From NCBI GenBank assembly GCA_963668645.2, contig CAXXWC010000021.1, forward strand, positions 960,001-1,024,000: 64,000 bases of DNA, read 5' to 3'. This document shows, piece by piece, positions 1 through 7,794 of the stretch (within the stretch, counting starts at the first letter, position 1; every line of letters starts with the position of its first letter). The notes under the pieces were generated by a model, which searched no databases, was not told the origin of the DNA, and saw only the letters and a list, made by a program, of their open reading frames with translations. The DNA is from Desulfobacterales bacterium. GTDB taxonomy: Bacteria; Desulfobacterota; Desulfobacteria; Desulfobacterales; UBA2174. A program made the translations under genes and the position numbers.

Positions 1-90
1 CTTGATCGTCAGGCCGTGATACCTAAGATCGAAAAAGCCCAGCAGGGCGCCCTTGGCGATGGGTTTGAAATTCAGAGCCGAGGCCGTCAT
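1..90 (-). CDS. 5' part of an element gene (MTASALNFKPIAKGALLGFFDLRYHGLTIK...), possibly a SpoVG-like nucleic-acid-binding protein
   Basis: ATG at 90 overlaps the rep stop (ATGA); open to the window edge; family is a guess from the GFFDL..GLTIK pattern. Confidence 0.45.
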   Translation of the reverse strand, partial: MTASALNFKPIAKGALLGFFDLRYHGLTIK

Positions 91-851
91 GGCAACCCCC
101 TTCTGCGCTTTTCGGCCATCACCATATCGGCCAGGTCACTGCTAACCGCGATTCGCTCCTCCCATCGACGGTCAGCAATCCAGTTCGTGATGCTCGTGAT
201 GAACCTGCCGCCCTCTTTTTGCCATTGCTCGGTTTTCTTCCACCGCTCCAGGGTGGCCAGCAGTTCATCCAGGGGTGGTCGGTCTGCGCATGCATCCCAA
301 GCCTTTTTTGCATTGATCCGGTCGCGTAGCCGCTTTTTCGGGTAGGCCTGGAAGAATATTTCAAAACCATTACTCCCCCCGCCCGCCTGCTGGTCCTCTG
401 GGGTGGTAATTGGATTGGTAACTGATATGGTAGACTGAACCTCTTTCAGCACCTTCACGTCGTCAGGTTCAGTGCCTTCGGAAAGAGGTTCAGCACCTTG
501 TGCGTCAGGTTCAGTGCCTTCAGCCTCAAGGTGCTGAACCTCTTTCAGCACCTTCGACGGGAAAAGAGGATCATATTGATGGTGGCGCCAGCGCTGGCCT
601 TTCATCTCCCGGGAAACCTTCTCTATCCACCCGTCCTTGGCCGCCAGCTCCAAATGGGTACAAACAGACCTTTCTGATAGGCCGGTAGATTCGACCAGGG
701 CGCGGGTGCTCGGAAAGCAGCTTCCGCCGTCAGCATCCATGTAGATTGAAAGCGTCAATAGCAGGTGCCTTGTGGTCGGTGACGGTGGCCCGTGTCTGGA
801 TGCCACCAAACGTTGCCACCGAAACTTCGATAGGATATTTCCGTTTTGCAT
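87..851 (-). CDS. Phage-type replication initiator (N-terminal wHTH, C-terminal FxxFxxxYPKK domain)
   Basis: CFPSTRALVESTGLSERSV wHTH motif; FEIFFQAYPKK and FITSITNWI...RWE; internal iteron-like repeats. Confidence 0.75.
   Translation of the reverse strand: MQNGNILSKFRWQRLVASRHGPPSPTTRHLLLTLSIYMDADGGSCFPSTRALVESTGLSERSVCTHLELAAKDGWIEKVSREMKGQRWRHHQYDPLFPSKVLKEVQHLEAEGTEPDAQGAEPLSEGTEPDDVKVLKEVQSTISVTNPITTPEDQQAGGGSNGFEIFFQAYPKKRLRDRINAKKAWDACADRPPLDELLATLERWKKTEQWQKEGGRFITSITNWIADRRWEERIAVSSDLADMVMAEKRRRGLP
435..555. repeat. Iteron-like repeat array (putative origin) inside rep
   Basis: AGGTTCAG(TG/CA)CCTT at 465, 486, 507 (21-bp period); inverted copy at 528-541; 22-bp direct repeat CTGAACCTCTTTCAGCACCTTC at 435-456 and 534-555. 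Confidence 0.8.
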
Positions 852-974
852 CGCCGCACCTTCCCGAAAAACAACGCGCGGCGCCCCCGGGTGCGGTCGG
901 AGACGTTTTTTCAGGTTCGCAACGCCCGCCGCGCGTGCTTTTCAGCTTGCTCCGTTCGGTGATCGTTCGCCCTG

Positions 975-1502
975 TCATTGTAAGTATCCCGGTAACCGCT
1001 GCTGCTTTGTGCCATCGTCAAATTCTCCTAATAGAATTATAAGAGCCCGCCACGCATCGTGGATCTCCCCAATGGTGTCATCTGAAACGCCCGAGGGCGG
1101 AAGTTCTCCATGGCTGTAAATATATTCGCAAACCGAGTTGATCTTCTTTGCCACGTTCTTCCAAACAGCATCTTGCTCTACTGCCTTCGGTTTCCTTCCG
1201 GCGCCTTCCCTTGGCCCGCCCCGCATCGTGCCGTCCTTTGCGGGTTCCCGTTTGATTTCGTTTGATTTCGGCTTTTCGGTAGTTGTTTCAGCGGGTTGCT
1301 CGATCCGGTCATTTGACCGGGCGGCAGATCGTCGTGCCCTCGATCTTATCATTTCCGGGTTGACCCTCGTTTCAAACAACCGTTCGATCTCTTGCGCCAC
1401 GTCCCGGCCTATCTTTGACAGGTTCGGGTTGTCCGGGTTGGCTTCAAGTTCCTCTTGGACTCGCTGTTCAATCCAAAGGCCGCATGCTTCGGGAATTGCC
1501 AC
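975..1502 (-). CDS. Hypothetical element protein with AT-hook-like RGGPREGAGRKP motif
   Basis: 175 aa ORF, GGAGGT RBS, co-oriented with the element genes. Confidence 0.6.
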   Translation of the reverse strand: MAIPEACGLWIEQRVQEELEANPDNPNLSKIGRDVAQEIERLFETRVNPEMIRSRARRSAARSNDRIEQPAETTTEKPKSNEIKREPAKDGTMRGGPREGAGRKPKAVEQDAVWKNVAKKINSVCEYIYSHGELPPSGVSDDTIGEIHDAWRALIILLGEFDDGTKQQRLPGYLQ

Positions 1503-1547
1503 CGCATCACCTCCGAATCGTTTCCGACCTGCTCGCCATCCACCGAA

Positions 1548-1799
1548 TCATCCGACTACTCCAACCCTCGCGCCGGCCTGTTGGCGCGCCTCGATGCTAT
1601 CCACGGTTTCGACCGGCCGGCCCTGAGCAAATCGCCACAAGTCCCGCGGATCGTATCGCACCATTCGGCCGATCTTGAAAAAGCGCGGGCCTCGACCTTG
1701 GGACCGCCAGACCTCCAGCGTCCCGGGGGTCGCCTTGGCTCCGATCTCGGCCAGGTAGTCAGCAGCTTGCTTTGTGTCCAATCGCTTCAAATTTTCCAT
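1548..1799 (-). CDS. Excisionase/AlpA-like HTH protein
   Basis: LDTKQAADYL...TLEVWRSQGRGPRFFKIGRMVRY is a typical HTH_17/Xis signature. Confidence 0.85.
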   Translation of the reverse strand: MENLKRLDTKQAADYLAEIGAKATPGTLEVWRSQGRGPRFFKIGRMVRYDPRDLWRFAQGRPVETVDSIEARQQAGARVGVVG

Positions 1800-1959
1800 C
1801 GTTCACGCTCCAGCGCCTTTAGGGTTGTTTAATTCTGGCTGGAGAATGGCACCCGAAAGCCGGGTTGTCTTTCCCGTTAAATCGGCCTTCAAATAGGAAT
1901 CGAGAAAACAAAAAGGCCGCCCGGTCATCCCGGACGGCCCCGACAAGGTGGGAGGGCGG

Positions 1960-2496
1960 TTATTTTTTGTCGTGGTCAGGCTCCCATGTCCAAAAGCCAA
2001 TTATTGTTGCATCCCCAATTTCAGGAAAGTGGCCCGTGATCTTGGTTGGACCGACCACGATCCGACCGCCAACATCCAGAAACCGCGCGGTTTTCCTGTT
2101 CAAAAAATCATAATAACGCCGCCTGATTGAGGATTCGGAAAAATACTTGCCGTCGAAAGATTGATCCTTCACGGCAAAAAAGGCGCTTCGACTGTGCCGC
2201 CCCCCTGTTAGCGTGTAACCCTCTTGGAGTTTTTGGTTGACAGCCTCGTGAATTAGAAAGTCGGTGAAGACCTTCGCAAGCCCTGAATCCTCTTTGCGCT
2301 TACCCCTGCCGCCGGAATCGAGCATCTTTAGTTTTACTGATTCACCATGCGCTCTCCATTGCGTCAGGGCATCCCCGACCCAAGAAAGATAGAAGGCCGC
2401 CGGGTATTCTCGCAAGAACTCCGCAAGCTGCCGTGGATCGCGCCCCGAATCGATCCAAGCCTTTTCACAAGCTGCGCCATCGATACCTGTTTTCAT
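1960..2496 (-). CDS. Hypothetical protein coupled to the integrase
   Basis: ATG at 2496 overlaps the integrase TGA (ATGA); begins MKTGIDG; 178 aa. Confidence 0.6.
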   Translation of the reverse strand: MKTGIDGAACEKAWIDSGRDPRQLAEFLREYPAAFYLSWVGDALTQWRAHGESVKLKMLDSGGRGKRKEDSGLAKVFTDFLIHEAVNQKLQEGYTLTGGRHSRSAFFAVKDQSFDGKYFSESSIRRRYYDFLNRKTARFLDVGGRIVVGPTKITGHFPEIGDATIIGFWTWEPDHDKK

Positions 2497-3737
2497 ATCG
2501 CCTCGCTTTCCTGTTGGGTCTCCTCGGCCTTCTTCGTGCCGTTCGTCGCGTGCGCTTGCAGCAGCTCGGCCGCCCGGTTGCCGGCCTTTTGCAAGCTGCC
2601 GGGCAAAAAAGCCGCGTATCGCTTCACCATTTGGTGGCTCTTGTGGGTCAAAAGCTCGCCGATCATGTCCAACGTAAATTCGCCGCTGTTCGCCAAGGTG
2701 ACCGCGTAATGGTGGCGCAACCCATGAAAAATCCGGAACCCGTCGGGCAGGTCCGCCGCCGCCTTGATTCGACGAACCCCGGTGCAATCCATCCGCTTTT
2801 TACCGTCCTTATTCGGAAACACGAAAGGACTCTCGGGCCGCCGCCGCTTGCCGCTCTTTTTCATGATCTCAGCGCACCATGCCGCCTGTTCATCCAGGAC
2901 CTTTTCAACGGCCGGGGTCAACGGCACGGTGACGGTTTTCCCGCCTTTGGGCGCCCGCAACCGGATCAACTTGTTTTCCCGGTCAACGTCCCGCCATTCA
3001 AGCTTGAAGATCTCCCCGCGGCGCAGACCGCTGAACATGGCGACTTTCAACATATGTGCCACGTCACGCCCGAGGGCTGGCCACGAATCCAGGACCGCCA
3101 GCAACCTGGCCGCCTGATCCTCGGTCAAAAATTCGACCACTTCGTTATCACGCCGGGGCATCTTGATTGTGAAGCTCAGGCCGGGGCTCAGCTTGGCGCG
3201 CTTCCCAAAATTGGCGATTCGCCGCACCAGCTCCAGGGCACCCCAAACGGTGGCCGGGGCCTTGCCCGCCATGCGCTTTTCAATGCGCTTTACGTCCAAT
3301 TCAGTCAGGCTGGAAACCGGCCTATCACCCAGGACCGGCTTGACGTGCTTGTCGTACCGGATACGGTCGAACCGGGCCGCTTGCGCTGATCCGCCCCGCT
3401 GATCGAAGTAGGCGTCTGCAATCTCGTCAAGGGGCCTGTTCGCCTCGGCCCTCTTTCGTTTTATCTGCTTGGCTGTCAGCACGGGTTCGCCATGTCGGGC
3501 CGCCAGGGTCCGCTGTTGGCGGATGTCATTAGCAACCTGGGGGGTCATGCCCTCGGACTTTTTGCCGACCTTCTCCCATATCTTTTTGCGGCCGTCCTTA
3601 TAGGTGATGTAAAAAGTGGTGTCGGCCTCCCCCTTTAAGACCTTGCCGTTTTTCTCGACCTCCGGGGCCTTGATCTCGTAAGAATAGACTCCGGGCCATT
3701 TGATCTTGTCCGCCCTTTTCAACCCCTTTTTCGCCAT
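2493..3737 (-). CDS. int: Tyrosine recombinase/integrase
   Basis: GLRRGE (R), KGGK, HGLRH, LLTHKS...KRYA catalytic residues; adjacent att-like tRNA fragment. Confidence 0.95.
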   Translation of the reverse strand: MAKKGLKRADKIKWPGVYSYEIKAPEVEKNGKVLKGEADTTFYITYKDGRKKIWEKVGKKSEGMTPQVANDIRQQRTLAARHGEPVLTAKQIKRKRAEANRPLDEIADAYFDQRGGSAQAARFDRIRYDKHVKPVLGDRPVSSLTELDVKRIEKRMAGKAPATVWGALELVRRIANFGKRAKLSPGLSFTIKMPRRDNEVVEFLTEDQAARLLAVLDSWPALGRDVAHMLKVAMFSGLRRGEIFKLEWRDVDRENKLIRLRAPKGGKTVTVPLTPAVEKVLDEQAAWCAEIMKKSGKRRRPESPFVFPNKDGKKRMDCTGVRRIKAAADLPDGFRIFHGLRHHYAVTLANSGEFTLDMIGELLTHKSHQMVKRYAAFLPGSLQKAGNRAAELLQAHATNGTKKAEETQQESEAI

Positions 3738-3954
3738 CGCTCCGCCCTCCCCTCGGCCTGTTGTGTCCTTAACGCTGCGGTCAACGGTCGGCTTTTCGTT
3801 CTACCCACATTATACCCACTTCGTTAAAAAGCGTTAAATTTCGTCCGGTCAACCTAAGCGTTCGATAGCTCGCCAAATCGAGAAATGCAAGGGAAATTTA
3901 AATTTTTATGGGATTGATTAAATAGGGTAGAACAATCAATAGTGCGGGTCTCGA

Positions 3955-4003
3955 AGCGTTCGCAACGCTGAAGTCGAGGGTTCGAATCCCTTCATCTCCA
4001 CCA
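3955..4003 (+). pseudogene. 3' fragment of tRNA-Ala(CGC); att core of the element
   Basis: AGCG-TTCGCAA-CGCT anticodon arm, GAGGGTTCGAATCCCTT T-arm, CTCCACCA end; no D-arm or 5' acceptor strand upstream. Confidence 0.85.
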
Positions 4004-4011
4004 GATAATTC

Positions 4012-4046
4012 AAGGGGTTACGGCACTACCAGCCGTAATCCCTTTT
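4012..4046 (+). terminator. Intrinsic terminator after the tRNA fragment
   Basis: AAGGGGTTACGGC/GCCGTAATCCCTT hairpin ending in a T-run; stem resembles those after tRNA-Arg and tRNA-Pro in this window. Confidence 0.7.
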
Positions 4047-4231
4047 CATTTTGGACCGGATCTCTAAATATGGGCACCTTTCCCCAAAAGCGCCTTTCCA
4101 GTAGTGATGGAATACGATTTCTTACAAACGCATCAATCTTGGCATTGACAAATTACCGCCATCTAAGTAGAAAATATAGTTCACATAACTTCTGAGAGGA
4201 ATCACCTCTTCAAACAGCCACATTTACTTTT

Positions 4232-4340
4232 ATGGCGGCAATTTTCACCACAGATTCACCTGATCTTTTAGCCCGGATCGTCCTCTTTCACCGTCGACAA
4301 GCCGGGTTAAGCCGAAACCAGCTGGCCGAGATTGCCGGTC
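4232..4340 (+). pseudogene. Truncated XRE/HipB-like HTH gene
   Basis: LARIVLFHRRQAGLSRNQLAEIAG is the first half of an XRE HTH, then runs into antisense IS66 sequence. Confidence 0.6.
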
Positions 4341-4817
4341 GCCAGGTAAATGCGGGTATGCGATGGCAGGAACATCACAGCCGCTCCAGAACGTGCAATA
4401 ACTGCCGCAGGGCCACTGGATCAAAGTCACGCTCCACCTCGACACAATGGCTGGAGGAAACCACAAGCCGCAGCGGTCGGTGACCCCGCAGTGGTGATTG
4501 CCCCGGTCGCCACCGCGGGCAACTGAACCTTGACCAGGGAGATCGCAGTCGCGTCCGCACACCGGTACTTTTCTCTCCAGTAGATAAAACAGTGCAGCTT
4601 GAGTGAGTACTGCCGGCAATATGTGCTCTGATTCAGCCCGCTTCGTTTCCATCGCTCAACGTGTTGTCGCCAAAGCCGCCGCTTGACCTCCAGAGTCTCT
4701 GCCCGTTGCTTCCGTGTCACAATGATGCCTCCTTGGCTGAAATGGTCTACCGCCTCTGGAGTCCATCTGTGACAAATTTTCAAGCCTTTGAGAAGATGCG
4801 GTTGCCCTGACGCTTAC
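4334..4817 (-). mobile_element. IS66-family remnant (left end, frameshifted tnpA, first ~14 codons of tnpB)
   Basis: GTAAGCGTC terminus at 4817; TnpA-like WRQHVERWKRSGLNQSTYCRQ...FIYWREK with its C-terminus (FDPVALRQLLHVL) in another frame; TGATG-coupled MFLPSHTRIYLATG from 4375. Confidence 0.8.
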
Positions 4818-5128
4818 CGTAAGCAGGCCTTGGCCACCATGAAAAATGCCCTGAATGATCATCCAAAAGGTGTGGAAAGTACGGTAAAAAGCGGAAACTT
4901 GACCGGTCGACTTGGATCGATTATTTCGGTGTGCAAAGGCTGGGCTTAAATGCCAAAATCATCGCATCTGTCTTCGACCAGATCAAAAATGCCTTACCCC
5001 GATGGAAAACACTCATCGAAACGAGTTTTCTTTCTGCCAATTTGAAAACTGCTTACACCGCTTTGGTTCAAAACCGGTGGGAGAGATTGAACGAATGAAA
5101 ACCCACGCTTCCGAGGAGGTCCTGGCCG

Positions 5129-6850
5129 TCAGTCTCGGTCACCGCCTGTTTTCGCCGCCGTAGCCAAATCGGGCTTCAGCAAACGCGCCTTGGCGTAAAA
5201 CACCAGGGCGGTTTCACGCCGGCCTTCGCGCTCGAAAATCCGTCCGGCCTGGTGATAGGCGTCTGCGTATTCGGGATCAAGGGTGATGGCCTTGAGGAAA
5301 AACTCCATCGCCGCCTTGTAGGCGCCCTGCTCCATGCGCAAAAAACCTTGAAGATAGATCAATGTGACGTCCTCCGGATCGAGTTTCCGATTTATCTGGA
5401 TATGCGCCTCGGCCTCCGGGAATCGCCCCCGCAGAATCAATAGCTTGACGAGGTTGTTTCTGGCGACCAGATCCTGAGGGTCGATTTCGAGGGCCCGATC
5501 CAGATGCAGAATGCTCTCATCCACCTTTCCCCGCGCATACAGGGCCGCGGCGAGATTGTTTCGGGCCAAGCCACTTTCCGGATGAACCTGGACCGCGTGG
5601 GAAAACAGGGTCAGATCATTTTCCCAGTGGCGCAACTGATCGACGGTGCGAATCGCCAGCAGTGCCAAAATCAGTGCGCTCAAGAGAACCGCCGTGTTTT
5701 TGATCCTCGGCCATCGGTCGCAAACTTCCTTACCCCCCCAGGCCGCGATGATAAACAGGCCGGTCAGTGGAATGTAAGTATAGCGGTCGGCCATGGCCTG
5801 GGTCCCGACTTGAACCAAGCCGATGACCGGCACGAGGGTTCCGAGAAACCAGAACCAGCCAAGCGTCAAATAGGCATGCCGATCTCTGAGGATCAGGGCA
5901 ATCCCGGTCAGCGAAAGAATCAACGCCAAGGCGCAAAGCGCCTTCCACCAGACAAGGGACGAAATGTCGTACGGATAAAACACGCTGAGATTCAGGGGCC
6001 AGAACGCCTTGAAAAGATAGTTGGCATAGGATGTAAGGGCGTTGGCGATGCGTGCCGAAACGGGAAAAACCCCCACGGATTGCACCGCTCCGCCGCTGTG
6101 CTGGGCGGCGAAGGTAACGACGCAGGACAGAATCGACAGCCCCAGCAGGGGGAGTTTCTCGAGGATCAAGGTGCGGTATCGGATTGCTTTCTCCATGGAA
6201 ACGCCAAGAGCCGGGTCGGGCAGAGATTCGTCGCCACCCGGCCACCGCCTCAGGGGCCATCGGTCGAGCAAGAACATCAGAAAGGGCCAGGTCACCAGCA
6301 TCGGTTTGCTCATCAATCCGAGTCCAAGAAAAAGAAAACAGAGCAGATAGTCTTGTCGCTGCTTGTTCTGGGCATATCGCCCATAGGCCCATAGCGAGAG
6401 CCATCCCCAGAAGGTGCACAGCAAATCCTTGCGCTCGGAAATCCAGGCCACCGATTCCACATGCAGCGGGTGCAGGGCGAACAAAATCGCCGCCAGCGCA
6501 CTCGGTCCCAAGACGCCGGTCATTTGCTTGAGCAAAAGAAACAACCCCATGCTGTTGAGCCCGTGCAGCAGCAGATTCGACAGATGGTGGCCGCCGGGGG
6601 CCACTCCGAACACATCGACGTCCGTCATGTGGGCCAGCCAGGTCAGCGGATGCCAGTTGGCGCCGTGAAAGGCCGTCAATGCCCAGTTCACGCCCTCCAG
6701 GCTCATCCCTCGCAAGATCATCGGGTTTTGGGTGACGTAGACCTGATCGTCGAAAGCGGCAAAACCGAAACCGGTCACTCGCCAGTAGACAACCATGACC
6801 GCAGCGAAAATGAAGATTGAGACGATAATTTCCTTTAACGTATCTTTCAT
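5129..6850 (-). CDS. TMTC-like multipass GT-C glycosyltransferase with C-terminal TPRs
   Basis: FDD motif after TM1, HPLHVESVAWISERKD, SKP, ADRYTYIP, many TM segments, TPRs; probable start MKDTLKE at 6850. Confidence 0.8.
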   Translation of the reverse strand: MKDTLKEIIVSIFIFAAVMVVYWRVTGFGFAAFDDQVYVTQNPMILRGMSLEGVNWALTAFHGANWHPLTWLAHMTDVDVFGVAPGGHHLSNLLLHGLNSMGLFLLLKQMTGVLGPSALAAILFALHPLHVESVAWISERKDLLCTFWGWLSLWAYGRYAQNKQRQDYLLCFLFLGLGLMSKPMLVTWPFLMFLLDRWPLRRWPGGDESLPDPALGVSMEKAIRYRTLILEKLPLLGLSILSCVVTFAAQHSGGAVQSVGVFPVSARIANALTSYANYLFKAFWPLNLSVFYPYDISSLVWWKALCALALILSLTGIALILRDRHAYLTLGWFWFLGTLVPVIGLVQVGTQAMADRYTYIPLTGLFIIAAWGGKEVCDRWPRIKNTAVLLSALILALLAIRTVDQLRHWENDLTLFSHAVQVHPESGLARNNLAAALYARGKVDESILHLDRALEIDPQDLVARNNLVKLLILRGRFPEAEAHIQINRKLDPEDVTLIYLQGFLRMEQGAYKAAMEFFLKAITLDPEYADAYHQAGRIFEREGRRETALVFYAKARLLKPDLATAAKTGGDRD

Positions 6851-6938
6851 CGCAACTCGAGCCGCGGTACCTTGTTCGTATTGGCGCCGTAAGGCGCATG
6901 GAGGCGGACTGACTTCGGCAGGTCCGTGTCGGCAGAAT

Positions 6939-7757
6939 TTATCGAACACTGATATCGATCCGGTGGAGCCGAGTTGGGAGTCTCGGAAAAATGGCCGGAT
7001 GGACCACCCCCAACCGCGCCATGGCGAAGCTGGTGGCGGTACACAGGCATCCCAATCCATAAATCACGCTGCGGCCGAAATCGATGGAAGACGCATCAGG
7101 AAAATAGCGTGTCGGGCAGCTCACCTCGCCGATGGAATAGCCAAACCAGAGAACCTGAAGCAGCATCTGGTTGTCGAAGACGAAATCATCCGCATTGGCC
7201 GAAAGCGGCAGCCGTTCTAGCAGTTCCCGCGAGAAGGCCCGGTATCCGGTGTGGTATTCGGAGAGCTTGGCCCGTGTGAGCAGGTTTTCCACCGCCGTCA
7301 AAGCCCGGTTGGCCATGTACTTCCAGCCAGGCATTCCTCCCCGCAGCGCATGCCCACCCAAAATGCGCGACCCGAGCACGCACTGGTATAGCCCACTGGC
7401 GATCATGGCGACCATGACCGGAATCAGTTTGGGGGTGTACTGATAGTCCGGGTGGACCATGACGACGATGTCGGCTCCGGCGTCAAGCGCCAATCGGTAG
7501 CAGGTCTTCTGGTTGGCGCCGTACCCGCGATTGGCCGGGTGGACCTGGACCGTCGTGCGGGGCAGTTCACGGGCAACCGCCACGGTGCGATCATGACTGC
7601 CGTCGTCCACGACAATCACCCGGTCGACGATCTTTTGGGCCATGACCTCTTCATAGGTCTGTCTCAGAGTCCGCTCCGCGTTGTAGGCGGGCATGACCAC
7701 CACGATGTGTTTGTCCTGATACAAACTGATTCTCCGGTGGCGATTCGGGATTTCCAT
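6939..7757 (-). CDS. GT2 glycosyltransferase, polyprenol-phosphate sugar (Dpm1-like) synthase type
   Basis: VVMPAYNAE, VVDDGSHD, NRGYG, HPDYQY, VLGSR, TGYRAFSR. Confidence 0.85.
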   Translation of the reverse strand: MEIPNRHRRISLYQDKHIVVVMPAYNAERTLRQTYEEVMAQKIVDRVIVVDDGSHDRTVAVARELPRTTVQVHPANRGYGANQKTCYRLALDAGADIVVMVHPDYQYTPKLIPVMVAMIASGLYQCVLGSRILGGHALRGGMPGWKYMANRALTAVENLLTRAKLSEYHTGYRAFSRELLERLPLSANADDFVFDNQMLLQVLWFGYSIGEVSCPTRYFPDASSIDFGRSVIYGLGCLCTATSFAMARLGVVHPAIFPRLPTRLHRIDISVR

Positions 7758-7794
7758 TTGTGCCTTGCACGCACCTCGAATGATCTACCACCGT

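Larger units (their letters stand above)
1..4003. mobile_element. End of an integrated phage-satellite/prophage-like element (continues left of the window)
   Basis: Co-oriented minus-strand int, hypothetical, xis-like HTH, hypothetical and rep genes, bounded by a 3' tRNA fragment at 3955-4003. Confidence 0.8.

Noticed and set aside
3930..4003. Complete tRNA-Ala gene
   Set aside because: The 5' acceptor strand and D-arm are absent; only the 3' part is present
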